From Octopus sinensis (Eukaryota): DNA of 64,000 bases. Shown here piece by piece: positions 26,765 through 40,616 of the stretch (positions within the stretch are counted from its first letter, which is position 1; every line of letters starts with the position of its first letter). The position numbers and the translations under genes were made by a program. Where the stretch lies: NCBI RefSeq assembly GCF_006345805.1, contig NC_042999.1, forward strand, positions 164,424,001 through 164,488,000, in the 5' to 3' direction. A model generated the notes under the pieces. It saw only the letters and a program-made list of their open reading frames with translations. It did no database searches and was not told where the DNA came from.

Positions 26765-27164
26765 AAGAATTAAAAAAAAGCTTGTTTTGTTACATGAAAG
26801 TAAGAATTTTAATGAATTGAAGCTAGCTATTAGTGAAAAATGCAGAAGAACAATGGAAAATATTACAAATAAAATTGCAGTCTTAGAATATCAGCCAGTG
26901 GATGGTATAGTCTGAAATAAATGGGGTATAGGTAGATCAACTGAAAATATCAATAAAACATTGATTGAAGATGAACTATTGCTTCCAATTCATAGATATA
27001 TCAGGCAAAAAAAAAAAAGAAAGAAAAAGAAAGAAGAAATGTATACTGAAGACAATAGTAAACAGAATTGGTGGTGGAAGAGATCAGAAGCAACATGGAA
27101 TAACAACAAACAAGCCTTGTAATCAGATGAGATGTTTCTGATACTGTTAATAGCAGCTGCCATT

Positions 27165-27685
27165 TCATATAATGACTGTGTTCATTTTGCTTTGATATAT
27201 ATATATGCATTACATTTTTAACATAAGTTATCTATGAAGAGATTTTTCACTCAGACAAAATCCACAGCAAAATGCCTTTCTATCGGGCATATACATTTAG
27301 TGTGATACACAGATGCCTATTTAATCTTAATTCTATTTCAGTTGCATTGACTGAATATTTTTACTGCCCAGGAAGCATTCTGCAACATCAGTGAATATGT
27401 TATTCACTGTTTCTTATATATCAAAGCACAAATTTCATTCAAAGAAGTAACAAACGGGTACAAGCCTCATGAAGGGTGAAATGTATCTAATGTTTATATG
27501 AGTCACTGCTGTGGCAATGTTCATTTTGCTTCACTAGACACTGAGTTTTTAGCATGACATGTCTATGAAGATGTTTTCTCTTAAACAAAAAAGCACAGTA
27601 GTATGCCTTTCTATGGTGTATATACATTTATTATAATACACAGATGTCTATTTTAACTTAATACTGTTTCAGTTGCTTCCACGGA
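27165..27685. repeat. Diverged direct duplication (~190-bp units about 330 bp apart)
   Basis: tgttcattttgctt..tctatgaaga..tgcctttctat..atacattta..atacacagatg.ctattt..tttcagttgc is present twice. Confidence 0.7.
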
Positions 27686-30199
27686 AAACAATTCATGATC
27701 ACACTTGGTAGAGAACTAAGAGATTACTACTGTTTATTTCATCCTTACTGTTTTAATGTCAATGTTTCTAAGCAGGGATGGGTCGGATGGCTCTGCTGTA
27801 CAACAAATCACAAGTTTTATTCTTATATCATCTTGTATGTAAGCCATGTCATTCTGTGATCTGAACTCACCACTTTCTCCTATGTCTTCTTCTACTTGGA
27901 ATTCACTGTATATCCCTCTGTCAACATACCGTTGCACTTTTGTTCTAAATCAACCTCCATTCACAGCCAATGTCCATGTCAGTGCAATTATCTCTTTGCA
28001 CATACATTGACTGATGCTATTGTAACCAACCACTCGTAAGTTCACTAAAATATAATCTATGAAAACATCAATGGAAGCTAAAATGTAGAACATTATAAAA
28101 CACCTTTCAATCAAATCAGTGAAGCTTTCAGCTTATGAATTCTAGAGAATTTTGAAGAAAAAGTGGTTTGATGAAAAAAAAAAAAAAAAATTCAGAAATA
28201 TGATTTATTCAAAGAGGGAAGGAAACAAAGAAATGGAAAAGAAGACAATTCCGACAGTTGACTCTTTGACTGCTTCTATAAAGAATGGAGGTGAATAGCC
28301 AACACAAGGGATGCAGTGAGCAGCAAGATTGACAGCATTGCTGCGACAGGAAGTTATAGACATGGATCTCAGTTACATGAAATCAGTCAGTTAACAGAAT
28401 TTGTGGGTTTTTTTTTCTCATAAATAAAACTGCAGCTGCTTTTGGTGGTCATTGCAACAGTAGAGTTTATGTCTTAACCATATAAACCGAATTATGATTG
28501 GAAATAGAAACTAAGAAGGCTGATGCTGTCATTGGTATTAATAATTCAACTTACATTACAAGGATGGTAATAATTTACTATATAGTGCACTGGTATTACC
28601 AATTAAAAATACATAGGTATCAACAATTAGATATACATTACAACATACATTACAGGCATGTTAATGTTTTCATAATTGCTACACATACCCATAACATAGA
28701 CAACACATTTGTACAGTGGACGTGACTGCAACACATAATACACACATAAACAATACACAATATATATAACAATAACAAACACTATACATAATTATTGGTA
28801 CCCCTTGAATTGCGGAAGCATTGTAATCCTGAAAATCTTGCCTTAACATGGAATTTAACAATTGATTTCTATGTTACAAGGAAGTCACTGTAGATCGGAC
28901 TCACTGGGAAACCATGTTTCCTTTTACAGAATTCCATGCTATAGCAACATTTTCATGACCATAATAATTCTATAGCATGGAGGTGATGCATGCATAATAC
29001 ATGCTGCACATAAGTAAGACCCCTGGAAATATACATGAAAATATTACAGTATCATTAAATATCACAAAAATAACTAAATGCAGAAGACTATTGCCATTGA
29101 TACACACACACATACATATATGTCTGCGTGTGTATTGGACAATTAACTGTTACTTACATAAACAACTCTACCTATCACTTAGAATACAAAATTGTGTTAT
29201 TTTTAATGGCAACAATCCTCCTAGTAAATACCAAGTTTGCTATTCTCTCTAATTGGTGTTGTACATAAAAATAACACCCACTACACATAATTATAAGATA
29301 CATGCTAGATATACTTATACTAAACATCATAACCACATACATACAAATATAAATACATTATGCATAATCATAATATACACTATACAAATATAACACATAC
29401 TACGAACAAATACAATACACTTAAGTATAACACTTGTGACAGACTTTATCTTAATAAGAAAGTCGATTGGAATGATTGATTGAGATAATTTTTTTTTAGG
29501 AAAATAAAATAACTACAAAATGAAATTACTGATTATCTTTTTACATTAATGTGAATAGTAAACTAAATGAATTACACAATCTGTCTGTGTGTCAACAAGT
29601 ACAACAAAGAAATTACTTTCAGTTATCAGACAGACATTAGTGAGAGGTGAGAAGTGAGAAGATACAAATGGTAGTCACAAAGGTAGTCACGCTAAAGAGG
29701 AGAAAAAATTAGAACATTTATTAATTGTTTAAAAAGCATTTCTGGAATAGGTGTTAGGATTTTCATTAACAGTTTGTTTAAACAAGTCCTGGTTCATCAT
29801 TTAGGTGAGTGAATCCTATTCAATCCCATGTCTGTCAGAAGTGCATCAACCATCTCTTATACATCTTTATTGTCATCTTTGCTTCCATCTTAACAACTAC
29901 TCTACTGTTCTTATTTCACTACACATACTACATTACATTCTTTAATTAACATCACTCTTATACTTCAGAAACCTACTCAACCCACTGTTTCCCTTGACAA
30001 CTAAATAATCTTGATAGCTTCTCAACCATCAAACACAACATCCCTGTCCGTTATAATTCTCCTTTTCACTGAGGAAGTCCACAACTACATACTTCTGGTA
30101 AATATAAATTTCTTTGATTATCTGTCTACATACTGTTTGACATTTTAAAATATACTAACTACTGGGTCCTCCTGTATGTAAAATATCCCTTATAATATG

Positions 30200-30555
30200 A
30201 TCACCATGCTATGGTCGTTCTACCAGGGTCACTATATACTCTGTGATAGTTCTATAATAGTCACTACACTATACATATGTGTTAGATCTACTATGGTCTT
30301 CACACAATAGGGTAGTTTTATCATAGACTTCACACTATGACAATTCTATCATTGTCCTCATTAATTCATGGTAATTCTCTCATAATCTCCACACCATGAT
30401 ACACTATGGCATTTTTATCTTAGTCATCAAACAATATGACAGTTCAGTGACAGTCACCACACTATATGGCAGTTGTATTATAGTCAATAAGTTATATGGT
30501 AGTTCTATCTTTGGCTCTCCACACTATATGGTAGTTACCTCATGTTCTCTACATA
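30200..30555. repeat. Degenerate ~30-bp minisatellite
   Basis: Recurring consensus approximately cacactatatggtagttctatcatagtc. Confidence 0.7.
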
Positions 30556-31170
30556 GAAACAACTGATAAACTTCTGGGTTACGTCTTACATAAGGTTTCT
30601 GTCACAGAACACTTATGGCAAAAATTTCATTAATTATGATTAATTTTGATATTATCACTGCTTATGATTGAGTAGCTTAAATGTCTGTCTAATTAGGTCT
30701 AATGAACTAATCACTTAGAATGAGAGCCTTCTTTCATTCACAATCAACTGATTCACCCTTCTTCATGAAATGAGGTGTATTTAATTAGATAAACGCTTCT
30801 ACACTATTTCTATTTATTTAATATTTTCTGAACTAAGTGAGTCAAGTAGATACTGGGCGATCACTTGAAAGGTCAATGTATCAAATTCAGACCACAGTTG
30901 TGGATGGTAAATTCTATGTTTCACCATTGATGTGAAATTCTGTTTCAGCATGGTAAAACTGTTGAGTGTTTCATTGTTGCGTAGTATTCAGGTCAATTCT
31001 ACTTATGGCTAATGCAAGAAAATATGTTGGTTCTCATTGAGCTTCTCTTTATATGATCAAATGAGCCACGACATTGAGCTGAGATTTTCACACTCTGATA
31101 GCAAGACCAATTAGTATCCAGTTGTTAATATTGAACTGAAACTATTTCAATATATGACATTTCTTTTATA

Positions 31171-31390
31171 AGGCAGAGAGAGGCTGGCAGAAATGTCAGC
31201 ATGTCAGGCGAAATGCTTAGCAATATTTCGTCTGTCTTTACGTTCTGAGTTCAAATCCTGCCGAGGTTGACTTTGCCTTTCATCCTTTCGAGGTTGATAA
31301 ATTAAGTACCAGCTGTGTACTGAGGTCGATCTAATTGACTGGGCCCCCTCCCCCCAAATTTCAGGCCTTGTGCCTAGAGTAGAAGAGATT
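31171..31390 (+). mobile_element. tRNA-derived SINE, family A, full length
   Basis: GGCTGGCAGAA head, GAGTTCAAATCC B-box, Nin-like core and GTGCCTAGAGTAGAAG tail. Confidence 0.85.
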
Positions 31391-34300
31391 AGAGGTAAAT
31401 AAGGGATAAAAAATAAAAAGAAAGTATCAGTATAGAGTTCTGCCTAGGTGGTCATACATAGATCTGTAAATGAATGTCAAGTGATAAAAGAAAAGAGTTT
31501 GTCAGCTTGTTTAGTTGTTATGGAGCCCTAGGTCAGAGGATAGAACAATCCATTTAGTACAAAGTAACTTATGTATGATGTTAAAATAGAATTATTGCAT
31601 AAGTACATGGCTTCAGAGCACATGCACAAATAGAGGAAACTAACTAGAAACAGATATTAAATATTTCCTAACTGTTTCCTATAACACATAGTGCTTCTAA
31701 CGGAAGATGGTCACTGTCAATTGGTTATCAAAATATCAAGCCATGTCCACAGAAAAGTCATTTATTAATTACCAAGTCTCCCTAAACACGATAATTTTTC
31801 TTCTGAAGCATGGCTTTTTTTGTCGTTTTATTGTATTAGCTACGTTGTCCATATGACCTGAACAGTTCACCCTAAACTTATATCACCTCACCTCTTCAAA
31901 ACAAAATTTTTCTAGGACATGTGTTAACCTGTGTTTTTAATAGCTACCTTACCCTATTCTCAGTATATTACAAATGCTAAGGGCATTCTGAAATGGTTTT
32001 GCTTCCAGTTCTTATGTCTTGAAACAGGGTAAAATTCTTTAGAAAGTACACAGTGAGCATTAAACATTGCATTTCAAATCTTTGGATTAGCCCTGTGAAC
32101 TACTGAAACCCTTACGACTATCACGACTGTCTTTCTTCACTTATTGATGCTCTCAGTCGTCTCTTTTCCTCTTTTTCATTGAGTTGTACTGCACCTAACA
32201 GTGTATACAATAAGCTCATGAATATCAACATTAGTATTATAGAAAAAGTACTTCCTCAGCATACAGAAGAACACCAGTATCTATTTATACTTAAGTGAAG
32301 TGACTCACTCAGTGTCAAGTGTGCATATATACATAGCATTAGCTGGATATTCCATTGTAACATTACAGCCATACGTTTGCTTTAATGATGTCTATCTACC
32401 CCCTCTGTTCATATGCCTGTACATATATAAATCTTTATATCCAACTGAACCTGGATGTCGTGTTAGAATGCCAAATACTGCATTATTAGCTTTGAGAGAC
32501 CCTCTCATATAGGTGCATGGTATATAAAAGCACTGACATAAATCATAGCAGATGGGCATCCCTAATGAATGATTCTCATCTGCTACAATCTAGGTATGTG
32601 TGCTTTTATGCTCTAAGCACCTACATGAGATTCTTTCAAGGCTAATAACACATTATTTGGTCTTCAAACATGACATCCACATTAAGTTGGATATAAAGAT
32701 TGCATTTTGGTACTAATACTTCTATCACTAATAATTAATATATCAAAACCAACTGAAACTAAATCACTATCATTCATGAGAGAGCTATTGAGAATTTCTT
32801 CTAAAGATGAGTTGCAAGATGAGAAAAGATTAAGTGGTTGAAATTGGTGAAGACACTCATGTTTGGTGTAATGCATTCAGGTTGAGAGAATTAAAGGTGG
32901 GTGGATGTAAATAGTTTTGTGGGGAAAAACTGAAAAAAGTGAGGAAATTTGGAAACAAGGTGAGTAGAATGGGAAGTATAAGAAGTAGTGAAACGAGAGA
33001 GAAATAAAAGAGAAAAAAAGAAACCCAGAAATTAAAATGAAGAAATCAGAAAGAAAATAAAAGCAACAATTTGAATTTCAGAAAGAAATGCAAATAAAGT
33101 GTAAAATAGGGTGAAAAAAATGGATAAATCAAAATACATGGTTTAAATAAAAGAAAAAGAAAGAAAAAAAAACAAAGAGTAAGAACATGCAAGAATAAAA
33201 TGTTTAATAAACAAAAATTGGTGGAGAGGATGAGTTAGAAGCTGCCATTACTGTGACATAACCATAAAGTGTAAAGAAGCCTCTAAACATAATGTTGCTG
33301 TATCCTATTTAAACATTGCCACAAAAATAACTATAAAATGTAGCAAAGCTTGCAAAGATAGATTTGTATTTCAGAGTCAGCTAGAATGTATAGCAGAGTT
33401 GTAAATTTGTAGTGTGTTGACATTGAAATATTTTAGCATATTATGTAATTTTTCTCTTTCTACATACCCAGAGATCATAACTGATACATCATGACTAATA
33501 TATATATAGAGAGAGAGGAAAGTGTGCAACTGTATATGATTTATCAGGAAAATCTATTACTGGAGACAAGGTACAACACCATAGTAACTCATGGAATGAA
33601 GACAGGTAAAAAAAAAAAAATGGAATTGACTTTTAAGAGGCTGGTTTGCAGGGTGGGGGGGGAACTGAAGGTCAGCACTGTAAACGTATTAAACAATAGT
33701 GTGTTATAAAGTTCTGTTTCTACTTACAGAAGAAAACACCCAAACACAGTACTTATTTATAGTAAGTTAGCATTATGAGAAGGTGTGCCATCTAGTGGCT
33801 AGGGTGTGGATTCATGATCATGAAGTTGTAGTTTTGGTTTTCTCACAAGTGGTATGTTGTGTTTTTTGAGCAAAATACTTCTTTTCCTGTTCCTCTAGTC
33901 AACATAGCTGAGACTAAATCTTTCGGTAGATGGCATTTCAATTTAGGAGAGAGTCAGCCTGAATCTTAAACCTAAGACTAAGATGGCATTAGCCATTGAG
34001 GGTTAATGCTATCCATCAACACAGTGTCAACAACACTCTATGAAATATACACTCTGTTGCATCCAGACTATGTCGATTAGGTAAACAACATGAGTTTCTT
34101 TGTGCAATTAGAAAAAGATTGGTCTGAACTAGTCTCAGCAATTTTTACTGGTTTAAAGAGGTTGGTGACACATTTTACTGATTCATCAGGGAGAAAATAG
34201 CATTTATAGTATAAAACTTAAATTGGTCTGCCGTACGTACACAGACTTAAACATAGGTATGTAAACTTATTGAATGTACGCTTCTTAAACACAGGTAAGT

Positions 34301-34806
34301 AACCTTATTCAAACTTTAACCACACACTACTGTCTCAGTACTTTAGCCATTAAACAACTTTGTCAGGAAATGTACTAATGTGTAAATGAGCAAAATTGAT
34401 GCTTCTAACTCACTGCATTTTTTCAAAGTAAGCTGTGAGTCACTTTGAACGTGAGTAGATACTCTAAATGAGAAGGCAGTAACTAGTTGAAACTGCACAA
34501 GCAATAACTATTTGAAACTATACAAGCTATTCACAGTTTTATATAGAAATAGCAGCCCTGTGTTTTGACCACAGGGTTTATCTACATAGTGACACAGTCA
34601 CAAACATATTTTAACTAACATGAAGTTCACTTATGCCTAAACATGGCTGAATTTCTTCTGACCTGATGCTCTAATAATGTAACTCAGTCAATGTTGCTGA
34701 CTGTTTTAGCTAAAGCTATCAGTTTAAACCTGCTCAGAATTACCTCTCTTTGATATTTTTCATTGATGATGGCTGAAGAGTTACAAACACTGCATCTGGA
34801 AATCTG

Positions 34807-36573
34807 ACACTGGCAACGACCACACTCAAATGTTGTTTTTCACTTGCCACCAGCACAGGTGCCAGTTAGGCGATGCTGGCAACGATCATGCTTGACTGGT
34901 GCTTTTTACGTGCCACCAGCACGGGAGCCAATCAGCGACCCTGGCATGCTTGGATGGTGCTTTTAACATTCCACTGGCACCAATCAGGTGGTACTGTCAT
35001 TGGCCATGTCAGTGATTTTGATTTCACTTCCCTCAACAGGTCTTTGCAAACAAAGCTTATTGTCCAATGAATGAAGGGTACTCATAAGTGGGCTGGTTAT
35101 ATACCACTGGCATAGGCCATGGGTTAGGGTCTCACTTAGTTTGCTGGGTCTTCTCAAGCACAGTATACCTCCAAAGGTCTCAGTCACTAGTCATTGCCTC
35201 GGTGAGGCCCAATGTTTGAAGATCGTGCTTCCCCACCTCATCCCGGGTCTTCCTCTTCCACAGGTTCCCTCAACTGCTAGGGTGTGACACTTTTTCACAC
35301 AGCTATCTTCATCCATTCTTACCACATGACCATACCAGTGCAGTCATCTCTCTTCCACACCAAATCTGATGCTTCTTAGGTCCAGCTTTTCTCTCAAGGC
35401 ACTTACACTCTGTTGTGTATGCACACTGACATTACACATCCAGCGGAGTATACTGGCTTCATTCCTCATGAGCTTACACATGTCCTCAGCAGCCATGACC
35501 CATGTTTCACTGCCATGTAGCATGGCTGTTCATACACATGCGTCATACAATCTGCCTTTTACTCTGAGAGGCCCTTTGTCACCAGCAGAGGTAGGAGCTC
35601 TCTGAACTTTGCCCAGGCTATTCTTATTCTAGCAGCTACAGAGCATCCACTCCTGCTACTGACTTGGTCACCTAGATAATGGAAGCTATCAACTACTTGT
35701 AGTTTTTCTCCCTGGAATGAGACGGAAGCTGTTCTCTGCACATTTTCAGTTTTATTGCTCCTGAGCATTTGCCACATACAAAAGCTATCTTCACAGTTAG
35801 CCTTCCTTTGGTATTGCTGTACCTTTTATGTGTCCATAGCTTACACTGGGTATATCTTATGGAGTTTCTACCTACGCCTTTTCTACAGATTGAGCATAGA
35901 GGAGCTCCCAGGGGCATCCTGTCTTGAATTCCTCTGTTATTGCCTGGAGGATTATGATGAATAAGAGGGGGCTGAGCACTGATCCTTGGTGGACCCCTAA
36001 CCCTACCCGAAATTCTTCCCTGTACTCATTGCCAACCCTCACCTTACTGACAGCATCCCTGTACATGGCTTGCACAGCTCTCTCTAGTTTCCTCATTGGC
36101 CACCAGATAAGGGATCGGCTTATCTGTCAAAGTCTTTCTCCATGTCAACGAAAGCCAGGTAGAGGGACTTATCTTTGGCTAGGTATTTCTCCTGCAGCTA
36201 TCTTGCCAGAAATATAGCATCAGTGGTACTTTTCCCTGGCATGAACCCAAACTGCATCTGGCTAACTCTCACCCTAATTAGTTGGGCTATAACCCTCTCC
36301 ATGACTTCCATTACCTGATCCAACAACTTAATACCTCTGTAATTGTCACCTTTACCTTTGTAGCAGTTGACTATTATGCTGCTACACCAGTCATTGGGTA
36401 TAACTTCTTCATGTATCACCTGGTTGACTATACGGGTGACTAAGCTATAGCCGACACTGCCAGATATTTTGAGCATCTCTGCGGTGATTCCTGATTGGCA
36501 GCGAGCATTTGCTGTCTTCATACCCTTAATTGTTTTATCTACCAAGGTACTGTTAATTCGGATAGCTGGTCCC
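34807..36573 (-). mobile_element. RTE-clade LINE, truncated and degraded
   Basis: ORF fragments 36198-36545, 35872-36096, 35693-35917 and 35559-35777 match the 505-aa ORF. 3' repeat units lie at 34807-35010. Confidence 0.95.
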
Positions 36574-38926
36574 TATATATATATATATGAAAGATGTTGG
36601 TGTGTATGTATGAGTATGGATATCAATACAAGAGTTGAGAACATTCATTGCTAAATAACAAATAGGTGAATGAATTAATTACTGCAATCTGATTAAGCAT
36701 TTAATTAGTTCCTACTTGTTAATGTATTTTCATTCTGTTGTTGTATTTGAGAAGAAAATCCACAATCCATGTCTTACAGATACCTTTTCAAGAATATAAA
36801 GGGTTCAGTTTCAATCAAATGTTGGATTTAATGATTTTGTCTGTTAACTTTGTTCATTATGGTAATGGTTGTGGTTCTGTTCTTGCTTTGATTGCTTTTG
36901 ATATTGTGGTTATTGTTGTTATTCCTACTGTTATTGGGTAGCTTTGATCAGTTCTATTCAAGAAGACCTTTGAAAGCAATTGGTCCAATACTTAGCAACG
37001 TCTTAAAGGTCTGGACATAGTCTAGTTAACATTATCTGGTTCTGCAAGTGGAAAGGTTTATATTTGCATGGAAAAACTGGGTTCATATGATTGATATGCA
37101 ATTAAAGATTTCAGTGAGTGGCAGTCACACAACTGTGAGGACTGGCAGAGATATACTAGGGAAAAATCAAAATTCACAATTGAGGGAAAGCTATATAAAG
37201 CAACAGGCCAACATATTTAAGCACCCAGCCTATATGAGGCTTCAGAACTATTTTGCATCAATTCATTCCATGTTAACATGAGTAGAAATGGTGTCTATAG
37301 ACTTAAATGTTTGTGTATTGTTGGGAGAAAATAATTTTATGGCTAACCTGGAAAGAAAGAAGCAGTATAAGGTCTAAATGGATAATGGTGAGACGCACTC
37401 ACATGTGAGAAAGATACTCATGTGGTGGTGGTTGTCTCTATATGATAAATTTCATGTGGAATAGACTGTTAAATATATCAGATGCATAAACAAAAATATG
37501 AATTCTGGATCAAGTTGCGAGGCAGACAAGAACTGGACCAGACTAATCTGGTATTAACCTTTTGCTAACAATTAGCTAGGCGAACCAATTGAGAGACTTT
37601 TGTTTGTAGCTAAACCATATTAAATCTGATACTTATTGTTGACAGTTAGACAGACTGAGTCAACAAAGAATAAATATTCCAGCAGAACAAAATGAAATGT
37701 CACTGATGGATCTGAACTAATAATTCATGAACAGAAAAATCAAATAATTTATCTCTTCAGCCTTCTTGTTCTGATTGATAACAAATAATTAGAAAACGAA
37801 GATTAAATAAAGTAACATCACCTTACTATATAATGGATATAAATAATTAATAAGAGAAAAGATAAAATATAATTGCTCCAGAAATCAATATGTGAAAGAG
37901 TATGTGTTAACTACAATGCATTAAGTACAGTGTGTGAAGCCTGGAGTTAAATACCTTGTCAGCCACAATATGGAAACTATTAAATTGATTATAGTGTGTG
38001 AACTAAGGTGATTTAAGAAACAACACCAATGAAATTTGCAACATTAAACTCAGCTTCTTTATCTCCTGCATCCCTACAGTATTGACATATCCCTCTTTCA
38101 ACAAGAGTGTCATCTGTCAGCTGGTGTATTCTGAAAGAGCTGAGGTGTTTTCAGTGAATTGTAAACAATTGTTGCCAGATGTCAGTCAACCACGACCACA
38201 GAAAGGAAATGGCACCCACCACCATCATTATCATATAATCATGAGTACTGATGAGTTATTTGCCATTAAGATTTTCCATCAGACGTGTGAGCAGGAGATG
38301 ATACTATGGGTCTCTATCTCCTCCTTTATCATCAAAATCTGCAGTAGCATTACCATAACACCCTCAACCAATGGACAAGTTATAATGAAATAGATAATAT
38401 TTTAACTTGTCTTCATGATTTTAATAAGGGTGCACATTACGTTAAAATTCATTATTTTAATAAAATGGAGGAATAGGAATATTTAAGAAAAGAAATGAAA
38501 CTGATTTACAAATTGTATTGAACAAAATATGATTCCTTGATTGGACAGAATAAGAGACTTTTGTTGTTACATTTTAGCTTGGCGAGAAAAGCCAATATCC
38601 AAAACCTTTATAGGCATTTCTGGAATAGTTAGGATAAGGCTGATGTTAATGGAAGCCTACTGATAAATAATGAAGCGAACATAGATTGTTAATAGGTCTT
38701 GTTAATTTACTGCATATTGAGTTAACTGAATTTTTGTCTAATCAAATGATGACACTTTAGAAAGCATTCAAACCCTAGCAGTCTTAATTATGAGTTCGTA
38801 GGCATTTATGATGAGGCTGGTTGTTAAGTGGAACCAGTCTTTACAAAATATGGTCATCACAGTTACAAGCAGCATTCTTGTGGAAGGGAAGGAAATGAAA
38901 AAAAGCAAAAGTATACATACTACCGC

Positions 38927-39088
38927 TCAAGAGTCTGATTGTATTTGACTGAAAAAGGGATTGACAAAAGAGAAGTTCCTGAATGCACTATCATCAATAT
39001 TCATGATGATTAGACTGTCTGTTGGGGTCATTTTGACATCCTTAGAGGTGAACATCTTGTCAAAGTTTTCAGCTTTCCTCGAGTCATG
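38927..39088 (-). CDS. PKC: Conventional protein kinase C, proximal alternative terminal exon (AENFD-type AGC C-terminal tail)
   Basis: Minus strand: acceptor ttattttctgcccttacAG, then in phase 0 HDSRKAENFDKMFTSKDVKMTPTDSLIIMNIDDSAFRNFSFVNPFFSQIQSDS* (162 nt). NFD, turn motif MTPTD and hydrophobic motif FRNFSF sit at the spacing expected for a PKC tail. Confidence 0.9.
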   Translation of the reverse strand, partial: HDSRKAENFDKMFTSKDVKMTPTDSLIIMNIDDSAFRNFSFVNPFFSQIQSDS

Positions 39089-39311
39089 CTGTAAGGGCAG
39101 AAAATAACAAATTAGTACAGTAGGTGTCTCAGGTAGAACCTATTTTGGTGAGTACCTCTCTGAGGTGAGACAGTATTACACTTGCAAGTCACCAGTGTAG
39201 GCTGATAACATACTGCTTAGGCTTTACATCACCTACTTCTCCTCTCAACAGCTGAAACCACTCACTTGAACTGATCTCTAGAAAACAAATGTCTGTCTGA
39301 CAACAACACCA

Positions 39312-39418
39312 ACAATAATGATGATGATGATGATGATAATGATGATGATGATGAAGAAGATGATGATGATGATCATAATGATAATAATAATAATAACAAC
39401 AACAACAACAACAACAAT
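39312..39418. repeat. Compound (GAT)n/(AAT)n/(AAC)n microsatellite
   Basis: Direct inspection. Confidence 0.9.
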
Positions 39419-40562
39419 AGTGTTAGTATTTTAAAACTATAAGAAGTATCCAGAGCTGTTTCAGATAAATTTCATCAATTTTTAATAACTTCATATTTTT
39501 TCTGTCTTTTCTGTCATTTTGTTGTAATTGAGTATGAATTGGATGGCTTTACAAACATTTATATGTTGTTGGATGTCCTTCTTACTGTTAACCACTTAAT
39601 TATGGATTAGGGATGACAATTGTTCCAAGCCATGCAGACTGAAGTCAGCACAGTTTAATGCCTTCTTCAGAGACATAATCACAATGACTGTTGTGAGATT
39701 TGAACTCATGATTATTTAGTCTGTAGATTGGCCTAGCATGTTAACCTCACAGCCACTGCACTTCAACAGATTGAGAAGGAACAATACTGTTTGATAAACT
39801 TGATGTCAACAGAACAAACATTACTTGGAAGAATAACATTTTAATATTTTAATTCACAAGGGAACTGAACTAAGTTTCAGTTTTGTTTAATTTTCTCATT
39901 TGGTAATTTTCTTCTCGGGCATAGATAAGCTATGAATACAATTAAGATAAGGCTAAGAAAGAAGAGAAAATCAATGCCATAAATGGTGAGTAATACAATA
40001 ATCAAAGAACAACTGCAAATAAAAATATAATAAGCAAACATGACTAAACTCTACTTGAAAATTACAGAAAGTATTCATTAAATTGAACAGTTATATACAT
40101 CAAGGCTTAATAATTTTCTGATTCTTGTTGTATTTCATATATTTTATGCAGAAACTCTGAGCACATTAATTTTAATTGAGCTAATATCTCACTAATATAA
40201 TTGGAATTTATCATTAATAAATTCAAGATTTAATATGGAATACAAATATGTTTTTCTTTTTATCTCTAAAATTATTATTATAATTATCACTTTCAGTTAA
40301 CTTAATTATTAAAATGGAATTGTGCAAATTGTGCACATATAATGCATTATTGCATATTGAATGTATAATGCAGACAAGGTAGTTAACAGCTGTGGGTTCA
40401 AAAACTATACAACACTCACTTTATGTAGTCTTTAGTTTTAATTCATATTCTACCAACTGAATTGTTTCAACACTCAATATATATATACACACACACACTC
40501 TCAATATATATGTGTCTGTGTGTGTGTGTATATATATATGTATATATATATATATTATATAT

Positions 40563-40616
<54 letters not shown>

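Noticed and set aside
27734-27937. 67-aa minus ORF between the two PKC exons (also 32682-32876)
   Set aside because: No AGC-tail motifs or other recognisable homology, and no convincing splice signals.
39680-39765. tRNA-like sequence on the minus strand
   Set aside because: Only degenerate A/B boxes and no cloverleaf; a SINE head remnant.
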